Source: Octopus bimaculoides (lineage: Eukaryota). From it: DNA of 43,301 bases. Of the stretch, positions 34,205 to 43,301 are shown piece after piece; position 1 is the first letter of the stretch, and each line of letters starts with the position of its first letter. Under the pieces are notes generated by a model. The model was not told the origin of the DNA and searched no databases. It worked only from the letters and a program-made list of their open reading frames with translations. The position numbers were made by a program, and so were the translations under genes. The stretch lies in NCBI RefSeq assembly GCF_001194135.2, contig NC_068995.1:15861821-15905121 (forward strand). The letters run 5' to 3'.

Positions 34205-35375
34205 TAGGTGCAGGAATATCTGTGTGGTAAGACGCTTGCGTCCCTACCACTTGGTTTGGTACCTTGGGCAAGTGTCTTCAATAGCCTCAGGGCAAACAAA
34301 GCATTTGAGTGGATTTGCTAGACGAAAACTGAAATGAAATAATCCATCGTATATATATATATATATATATATATATNNNNNNNNNNNNNNNNNNNNNNNN
34401 NNNNNNNNNNNNNNNNNNNNNNNNNNNNNNNNNNNNNNNNNNNNNNNNNNNNNNNNNNNNNNNNNNNNNNNNNNNNNNNNNNNNNNNNNNNNNNNNNNNN
34501 NNNNNNNNNNNNNNNNNNNNNNNNNNNNNNNNNNNNNNNNNNNNNNNNNNNNNNNNNNNNNNNNNNNNNNNNNNNNNNNNNNNNNNNNNNNNNNNNNNNN
34601 NNNNNNNNNNNNNNNNNNNNNNNNNNNNNNNNNNNNNNNNNNNNNNNNNNNNNNNNNNNNNNNNNNNNNNNNNNNNNNNNNNNNNNNNNNNNNNNNNNNN
34701 NNNNNNNNNNNNNNNNNNNNNNNNNNNNNNNNNNNNNNNNNNNNNNNNNNNNNNNNNNNNNNNNNNNNNNNNNNNNNNNNNNNNNNNNNNNNNNNNNNNN
34801 NNNNNNNNNNNNNNNNNNNNNNNNNNNNNNNNNNNNNNNNNNNNNNNNNNNNNNNNNNNNNNNNNNNNNNNNNNNNNNNNNNNNNNNNNNNNNNNNNNNN
34901 NNNNNNNNNNNNNNNNNNNNNNNNNNNNNNNNNNNNNNNNNNNNNNNNNNNNNNNNNNNNNNNNNNNNNNNNNNNNNNNNNNNNNNNNNNNNNNNNNNNN
35001 NNNNNNNNNNNNNNNNNNNNNNNNNNNNNNNNNNNNNNNNNNNNNNNNNNNNNNNNNNNNNNNNNNNNNNNNNNNNNNNNNNNNNNNNNNNNNNNNNNNN
35101 NNNNNNNNNNNNNNNNNNNNNNNNNNNNNNNNNNNNNNNNNNNNTATATATATATATATATGCATGTATATATGTATTAGTGTGGCTGTGTTTGTTACGC
35201 TACCATCGCTTGACAACCGATGTTGGTGAGTTTACGTCTCCGTATGCTAGTGCCATGGCAAAAGAGACCGATAGAATAAGTACTAGGTTTACAAAGAATA
35301 AATTCTGGGGTCGATATGTCCGACTAAAGGTTGAGCTCCAGCATGGCCGCAGCAGTCAATTGACTGAAACAAATA
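34205..35375 (+). mobile_element. SINE family 2 (gap inside)
   Basis: Same head and tail modules as 18330-18855. Confidence 0.75.
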
Positions 35376-35660
35376 AAAAATATTCTATATAACCTATTGA
35401 ATACCCTTTCGTATAGAACTCTCTAATTATTCTAATTACTTATTGCTTTTTATTATCGATTATAGAAAAGATCGTAACTGACATAACACGAAATGTATTA
35501 CATTTTTTCATATTGTATAGGTTATTCACACTGCATAATATCTCAATAAATGTATGAATAGTCCATTAACCGGTGCTTCATTTGCGTAAGTTTCGTATTG
35601 TGTCTCACAGAGAAAGCGTACGTTGTCGGAGCTTCATACGCGGAAACCGATGAGAGAGTC

Positions 35661-35711
<51 letters not shown>

Positions 35712-35737
35712 NNNNNNNNNNAACCGATGAGAGAGTC

Positions 35738-35793
<56 letters not shown>

Positions 35794-36639
35794 GGTGTAT
35801 GCGTATATATATATATATATGTTTTGAACAATATCTGTGACAATCTTGGTCGTATAACTTGTGTAGGTGTCGAATAACTCCTTCATTTTGTTGCCGGTAA
35901 TCTCAGGTGTTCGGCTAGATTCAAGACCAAAAAAAAAATTTTGCGATGTTGAATTGTCAAATATCTAATAAGTGCGCATGTGCATGGGACAGAGTAAAGT
36001 CAACTATTTCAGTGCTTGAACAATACCAGTACGAACTTTTGGCCAACCTAATTCTGAGTGTTTTTGAAAATTAAAATAAAAGCGTCCTTTTCGCTTTTAT
36101 CGTTTACCTCTTTCAGTCACTGGACTGCGTCCATGCTGGGACAACGTATATATATGATGACCATCCTCATGCCTTCCGTCTACCAAATTCACTCAAAATG
36201 CATTGGTCAGTCCGGGCTCTTGTGGAAGACATATTCCCAAGGCGCTATCTTCTAGGGCTGAACTCCAAAATACTTGGTTCCAAAGCCATCTTCTTAATCA
36301 CTCAACCACCACAACAACTAGCTGTATCACGAAGGGAATTTTACCTGTGTCTTTTGTTCATTTAAATCTACGTCAATAATTCCTCGTTTATTCTTTTAAC
36401 TTATAATGAACGACATTCCAGTAATAAGAATTTCATAGAGTTGAGAAATAGTCGGAATGGCAATTAACACTGAGTTGTCTTTTCTCGTCAAATGATAACA
36501 TATTTCATATGCCTGGTTTTCAGTAACTGCCCTTATCAGGGTAGCATGTATGAGGTGCAGTTCAGTTGTCGACGACTCGATCAAGTAACTAGTATTCATA
36601 TCAACATTCAGAGATGCCTAACATAGAAACAATTGTACA

Positions 36640-36768
<129 letters not shown>

Positions 36769-36769
36769 T

Positions 36770-37183
36770 TACTCTTTACTCTTTTACTTGTTTCAGTCAT
36801 TTCACTGCCGCCATGCTGGAGCACCGCCTTTAGTCGAGCAAATCGATCCCGGGACTAATTCTTTGTAAGCCTAGTACTTATTCTAACGGTTTCTTTTGCC
36901 GAACCGCTGATTTACGGCAACGTAAACACACTACCAACTGTTGTCAAGGTATGTTGGGGGGACAAACACAAACACATAAACATATACACACATACATACA
37001 TATATATACATATATACGACGGGCTTCTTTCAGTTTCCCTCGAACCAAATCCACTCACAAGGATTTGGTCGGCCCGAGGCTATAGTAGAAAACACTTACC
37101 CAAGGTGCCACGCAGTGGAAATGAACCAGGAATCATGTGGTTGGTAAGCAAGCTACTTGCCACACAGCCACTTCTGCGCCTAT
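36770..37183 (-). mobile_element. SINE family 2
   Basis: Reverse complement of the family 2 head (ataggcgcagaagtggctgtgtgg) and tail; a partial copy also lies at 36095-36310. Confidence 0.8.
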
Positions 37184-37532
37184 NNNNNNNNNNNNNNNNN
37201 NNNNNNNNNNNNNNNNNNNNNNNNNNNNNNNNNNNNNNNNNNNNNNNNNNNNNNNNNNNNNNNNNNNNNNNNNNNNNNNNNNNNNNNNNNNNNNNNNNNN
37301 NNNNNNNNNNNNNNNNNNNNNNNNNNNNNNNNNNNNNNNNNNNNNNNNNNNNNNNNNNNNNNNNNNNNNNNNNNNNNNNNNNNNNNNNNNNNNNNNNNNN
37401 NNNNNNNNNNNNNNNNNNNNNNNNNNNNNNNNNNNNNNNNNNNNNNNNNNNNNNNNNNNNNNNNNNNNNNNNNNNNNNNNNNNNNNNNNNNNNNNNNNNN
37501 NNNNNNNNNNNNNNNNNNNNNNNNNNNNNNNN

Positions 37533-37587
<55 letters not shown>

Positions 37588-37812
37588 GAGAGAGATATAT
37601 GAATGTATGTATTTCTAAAAATCAACGCAACATCCTTTTGATTCCTCCTTATTATGAATCAACATAGACAGTAAAAGACTGTTTGCGATTTTAGGAAGAA
37701 ATAGATGCAAAAACAAAAACAAAAAAACATGCGAGGTGCAAGATATGTTATCCTTCATTAATCCTAGTGATGTGTATTCACTATTACAGTGCAGGACTGG
37801 AGCAGAACTTAC

Positions 37813-38098
37813 CTCCATCTGCCACTCTCTGAATAACCCACGCCAAAGAACCTCTGATAGTTTTTTTATTCCAAGGTTGCAGAGAAGGTTTCCATAAAAG
37901 TGTTCTCACGTTAAAATCCATGATGTTGAAGCGATCACCTTCTACTAAGTCATGCATGATAAATTTCATTGCACGCTTCACTTGATCCATTTTACGTCCC
38001 TTCATCGAGCTGCTTGTGTCCAATATAAAAAGAATGTCCTTGGGGATTGTTCCCAGTTCAGCCGGTGCAAAGAAGTGGACAAAATAGCCATTCATAGC
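37813..38098 (-). CDS. ITIH: ITIH-like exon (copy B), vWA domain N-terminal half with MIDAS DxSxS
   Basis: Acceptor ttcctggcag|GCT, donor GGAG|GTAAGT, 286 nt, phase 0 to 1. AMNGYFVHFFAP...PKDILFILDTSSSMKGRKMDQVK...DRFNIMDF is the hallmark ITIH NGYFVHxFAP / F-x-x-D-x-S-x-S-M sequence. Confidence 0.95.
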
Positions 38099-38753
38099 CT
38101 GCCAGGAAAGATATGCATTTATGCAAATATATTTATACATACTCTATAATTATATACATAATTATGATCAGGGGTCAGCTAATTGCTTCGCCACGCACTG
38201 AATTAGAAATAGGAGCCAAATGCCTTTTCTGCTACCATAAAGAACTCTGAGACAGTAACACATTTTTTTTTACGTAGGCAAAAGGAAAAAAAATAATGAT
38301 TCCACACAACCCAGAGTAGCTACATACGTGTTTCGAGATTAAATTAAAGTCATATTTACTTACTTATTGATTGATTAATTAACTGATTACTTTTACCCTT
38401 TTATTATATATATATATATATATATNNNNNNNNNNNNNNNNNNNNNNNNNNNNNNNNNNNNNNNNNNNNNNNNNNNNNNNNNNNNNNNNNNNNNNNNNNN
38501 NNNNNNNNNNNNNNNNNNNNNNNNNNNNNNNNNNNNNNNNNNNNNNNNNNNNNNNNNNNNNNNNNNNNNNNNNNNNNNNNNNNNNNNNNNNNNNNNNNNN
38601 NNNNNNNNNNNNNNNNNNNNNNNNNNNNNNNNNNNNNNNNNNNNNNNNNNNNNNNNNNNNNNNNNNNNNNNNNNNNNNNNNNNNNNNNNNNNNNNNNNNN
38701 NNNNNNNNNNNNNNNNNNNNNNNNNNNNNCATTTTGTATTTTTGACATACGTT

Positions 38754-39411
38754 AATACAGAAAATACATTAAGACAAAGACCATATTAAAGTGCTATTTT
38801 AGAATAGAAATAAGAAATATACGAATATACACGAAAAATATACATGAAAAAATATATAAGAAACAAGAAAAGATCCGATATGTGGATTGATTAAGCGATT
38901 AAGCTTATTAAAATTGAAAAATTTAGAATTATATGTTGGAAATTAAATCTTAGACAATATATAATGAGAAATTTACGAGTCAGAAAAATAATAGAAATAA
39001 ATTTGTCTTAAGAGTCCTAAAAATATATGTAGACGGTCATAACAACACTTAAGATGTATTTCAACTTACCTGTTGTTATAACCCTCTACATATATATTTG
39101 AGGACTCTTAAAACAAATTTATTTATTTTTCTTACTTTACTGAATTTTAAATTCCTCATTAAGGTTTCTCACTGCAGTCAATATATTTTCCAAGTTTTTA
39201 TCTCCAATTTTTAATTCTAAATCTTCAATTTTTCAATATAAATAAAGCTGTCTTCAATCGCTAAATAACTCCACATATCGAACCTTTCCTTGTTCATTTT
39301 ATATTTTTCATGTATATTTTTCATGTATATTCATATTTCATATATTTCTTATTTCTATTCTTTTGAAATATCACTTTAATATGTTCATTGTCTTAATGTA
39401 TTTGCTGTATT
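38754..39411. repeat. Intronic foldback palindrome of about 660 bp
   Basis: Outer aatacagaaaatacattaagacaaagaccatattaaagtg pairs with cactttaatatgttcattgtcttaatgtatttgctgtatt; inner ggtcataacaaca (39035-39047) pairs with tgttgttataacc (39071-39083); 23-nt loop. Confidence 0.9.
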
Positions 39412-40057
39412 ACTGAGCACGCGCGCGGACGCATACAACTACACACACTCATGCATATACATAAGAGTGTGTGAGTGCGTGTATATAACGATTAAAACTA
39501 TTCTTTCAAATTCTCCGAGACGAATGAATATAGTTGGATATTTTTTTTTGTTTTCAGGGAGAATAGGCGTCCATAGGATATTGCGTTAAGAGTGGGAACT
39601 TCTTGTTGTATATTGAACTTAAGCTGTACGTTAAGCTCCTGTAGTATGTTCCTTGTTTGAGAAGATGTCTTTGTAAAGTTCTTGGGGATTTTATATAAAT
39701 GAACATTTTTAGGGCTGAAATACGCGCAAGTACATGCATGGTTGATAAAGAAATGCCTGTACTGCGAGTTTTGCGTTTTCACTCTGTTTGCCGATACTTT
39801 GACATCGTGATCTCTTACAAGGGGAAGTAGAAAAGTCCCTGATTTTGGGCAAAACAAACTAGAGGAGGATCGGCTAATTATGATATTATTCAAGATATTT
39901 TTCTCTCATTCTCAGATTCACAGTTATTTCAGCTGCCCTTCAAAGTTTTTAAACCCTGTAAAAGAGCTCGGCCATTCGCGATACTCAAACGGGGGATGTT
40001 TGAATGTATTTTAGGATATTATAGGCAAGCTATACGATTGTGTTCCACACTGTGCGA

Positions 40058-40110
<53 letters not shown>

Positions 40111-40341
40111 TGTGTGTGTATGTGTGTGTGTGCCTACGTGTGTGTGTGTGTATGTATGTGTGTGTGTGTGTGTGTGCCTATGTGTGTGTGTGCTTTATGT
40201 ATGTCAATATTCATTATTATCTGTGTTTGAATCTGCACTTTTCTGTGTGTTTGTGTATTATAGCCGTGAAGAAACGCAAACGTACGGTATTGTAATAACA
40301 ATGTGAGAACAGAAGTAAATTATAAGGGAGAATTCACTTAC

Positions 40342-40490
40342 CAATATATCACCACCGAACTGTTTGCGTCGGGCAATGTCATACTTGATTTCAAACATGT
40401 GATCCAGCATATGTCCTTGCACTTGTTTTCTGTATGTAATTTCAGCTGTATTTAATGAAGGGCGCGAAATAAGTGCATCTGCATTGGTCG
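40342..40490 (-). CDS. ITIH: ITIH-like exon (copy B), linker between VIT and vWA domains
   Basis: Not in the ORF track. Acceptor caacag|CG, donor TTG|GTAAGT, 149 nt, phase 1 to 0. Translates TNADALISRPSLNTAEITYRKQVQGHMLDHMFEIKYDIARRKQFGGDIL, matching the ITIH ...F-x-I-x-Y-D-[VI]-x-R...G-D-I motif that precedes NGYFVH. Splices in frame to 38098. Confidence 0.85.
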
Positions 40491-41399
40491 CTGTTGTTGA
40501 AATTTCACCAAAACATTATTGTTTCCAATTGTGTAATGAAATATCAAAAATAATATTTGTAACAACGAATGTCTCCATGCAAAACATTAATCGAACTGAT
40601 GGAAATAGTAACCATGTCTCTCGTAATAACACTCTGCCGTTTTAGGAACGGATAGATACGCAGGATATAGCACATGAAGTGGGGATTGGCATGGATAGGA
40701 TATACTTATCAAAGGTCGGGGTCACTTAGCAGGCAAAGAGATGCTTATCTTTGACGAAGACAGATACGACGTGCAAACATTGGAACACACAGAGACAAAC
40801 GCACACACATATACATACATATATGCGTATACACACACGCACTTACATGCAAACTTATATATGTATGTATGTATATATATATATATATATATNNNNNNNN
40901 NNNNNNNNNNNNNNNNNNNNNNNNNNNNNNNNNNNNNNNNNNNNNNNNNNNNNNNNNNNNNNNNNNNNNNNNNNNNNNNNNNNNNNNNNNNNNNNNNNNN
41001 NNNNNNNNNNNNNNNNNNNNNNNNNNNNNNNNNNNNNNNNNNNNNNNNNNNNNNNNNNNNNNNNNNNNNNNNNNNNNNNNNNNNNNNNNNNNNNNNNNNN
41101 NNNNNNNNNNNNNNNNNNNNNNNNNNNNNNNNNNNNNNNNNNNNNNGGTTTTACGATCAAAGAATTGTCAACGTATATAGAGAAAACTTTTTCGTTGTCA
41201 ATAGGACGCCATCTTTGAAAAAAGTGAACAGAGATAAAGCAATAGGCCAAGGGGAGCAACTCTTATTTTTCATGAAGCTCTTCTGTGTTTTTGAAAGCAT
41301 ACAGTTAAAGGAGTCATTTCATTTTATACACGGTTAATTATATTACCGTACTAGGTTTTAAAGATTAAGCAGTAATGTGTGAATGAGTGTATATGCATG

Positions 41400-43010
41400 T
41401 ATTTTATCCACGGAAAAGACCTCACAAAAAAGGAAGTAGATTTCCTAACATATTTCAAATACAGCCCTTTCTATGGCCTCCCCAAAATCCACAAAAGCCC
41501 AACCATCAATGAAGCCATCAACAAATCACTACATACATGCATACATACACCAATACCAGGAGACCTAAAATTACGCCCTATCATAGCTGGCCAATCCCGT
41601 CAGACACACAGATTAAGTTACGTCATGGACATTCTCCTGAAGCCATATCTAAAACATATTAGAAGCTAAATCAGAGATGATATAGACATGCTATGTTATA
41701 AGCCACATGATTATGGAATGGAAGCGATTCGATTCTGGCTAGTACTACATCCAGAGGTAACCCCAGAACGAATAAAGAAAACCTTCATCATTGAATCAAT
41801 TAAATTCATTCTCCAGAATAATCATTTCATTTTTGACACCAACTGCTACCACCGAATATCGGGAATTGCAATGGGCACGAGAGCAGCACCTACAATTGCC
41901 AACCTCACAATGGGATTCTTAGAGAAAAAATATATCAGAATTCACTGCGAAAATTTGGAGACCCTCTCGCCTAATACATTAAAGAGAATTGAAAGAGATA
42001 CCTGGATGGCTGTTTCATACTCTGGAATAACAACTTAAACAAAATCCTAGAATTTAAATAACTTCGGGACAGCATCTACACAAACATTCAATTCACAATG
42101 GAATACAACCAGGAGGCACTTCCATTCCTAGACATTCTAATTAAGAAAACAAACAACAAAAAATTCGAAACAAGCATATTTTATAAAACAACAGATGCAA
42201 AACAATACCTTCTCTTTAGCTCTTGCCATCCTAGACACACAAAAACAAACATCCCCTTCAACCTTGCTAGAAGAATCTGCACTATTGTCTCAGAGAAAAA
42301 AAACTAGAGATTTAAGACCACAAGAACTGAAAAACGTCCTCCTGGATAGACACTACCCAGTCTAACTCATTAATGAAAGAATAAAACGTGCCAAATCTAT
42401 CAGCACCGAGATATTAAGAAAAAACAAAAACATTAACAAACCTCTCCTTACAACACTACCCTACATTTCCACATACAACCCCAGAAACAAAGAAGCATTT
42501 AGCACAATCATACAAAACCTACCAATACTACACAAGGAACCAAAACTAAAAACAATTTTACGTGACATTAAAATTGTCAAAAGCAACAAACATCCTAAAT
42601 CATTAAAGAAACTGCTAACTAATGCACAATTATTCCCCTCCACAACAAGCCTCAAAGTGGTACATGCCCCAACCTTTTGGAAGAATCAGAATACTGTTTT
42701 AAACAAGGGCAACACTTTACAATTAAATCAAATTTCACTTGTGCATCCGAAAATCTGATCTACGTAATCAGATGCTCGTGCTGCCAGAAAGACTATATCG
42801 GTAGCGCGGGGAATCTATCCGTCAACGTTGTACAGTACATCGTCAACAGATAGCCTCACCACAATACCGCCAAATTTATCTCAGTGAACATATCGACGTA
42901 TGAACAAAGCAAATACAACCTAAATTCACTATTTTCCCTCCATATAAATTTGCTGACTGGACTTCTACACAAGCCCGACTCTATAAAGAGATATGTTTCA
43001 TCCAAAGATA
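41400..43010 (+). mobile_element. Penelope-like retroelement relic (RT plus GIY-YIG)
   Basis: FYGLPKIHK..LRPIIAG, NNHFIF..GIAMGTRAAPTIANLTMG, RYLDGCF (degenerate YxDD), LPFLDILI..FYKTTD..QYLLFSSCHP..NIPFNLARRI, FTCASENLIYVIRC..DYIG; several stops and frameshifts. Confidence 0.92.
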
Positions 43011-43301
43011 CACACCTGAACTTAACAGCAATTCATTTTAATTGTATTACTAATTGTCACTTAATTACTTGACTCCTGGGCACATTAATATTCAAACCTG
43101 AGTCATGAGAGGTGCGACATGACACTTCTGAAGAAAGTATTCATATCTTGGCAATTACTTTGTCGATCATTTTCTATTAGTCTGATTTATTTTATTCAAT
43201 TATGGAATTTCTACATATACCAAAAAGCTATATATGTATGCCAACCACAATTTTTAGGTATAAATTACTGTTCATACTTATATGTGTGTGTATGTATATA
43301 T

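Noticed and set aside
35644-35790. Direct repeat aaccgatgagagagtccgtga(TA)n on both sides of a 10-N gap
   Set aside because: Typical unmerged contig overlap, so most likely an assembly artefact.
39498-39893. 131-aa minus-strand ORF in the intron
   Set aside because: No recognisable domain, and the flanking exons already splice in frame without it.

Overview
AT-rich eukaryotic draft-genome window with many N gaps and very dense CA/TA/TAA/TACA microsatellites. The repeat landscape suggests an octopus-like coleoid cephalopod; this is an inference, not proven. The main gene is a minus-strand inter-alpha-trypsin inhibitor heavy chain (ITIH)-like gene whose 5'/VIT exons lie beyond the right edge. 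Splice sites and phases were checked by hand for exons 40342-40490, 37813-38098, 33587-33945, 32639-32983, [one exon inferred inside the gap 28755-29629], 26531-26554, 25680-25796, 23594-23953 and a tentative last exon at 23189-23235 (copy B). The 3' half of this locus is tandemly duplicated: copy A (about 160-11515) matches copy B (about 14760-33670). Copy A keeps open exons with intact splice sites but lacks the GDPH exon, has a dead last exon, and begins abruptly at an in-frame junction with a Helitron helicase fragment. Other content: two Penelope-like retroelement relics, four R4/Dong-like 3' fragments sitting in TAA repeats, Helitron pieces, about a dozen tRNA-derived SINEs, a foldback/TIR repeat family, a 660-bp intronic palindrome and a degenerate minimal hammerhead ribozyme. 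The most unusual signals are the duplicated, phase-symmetric C-terminal exon module and a 92-nt block identical in both copies that coincides with a candidate alternative last exon paired to an inverted repeat. All identity figures are manual counts; no searches were run.
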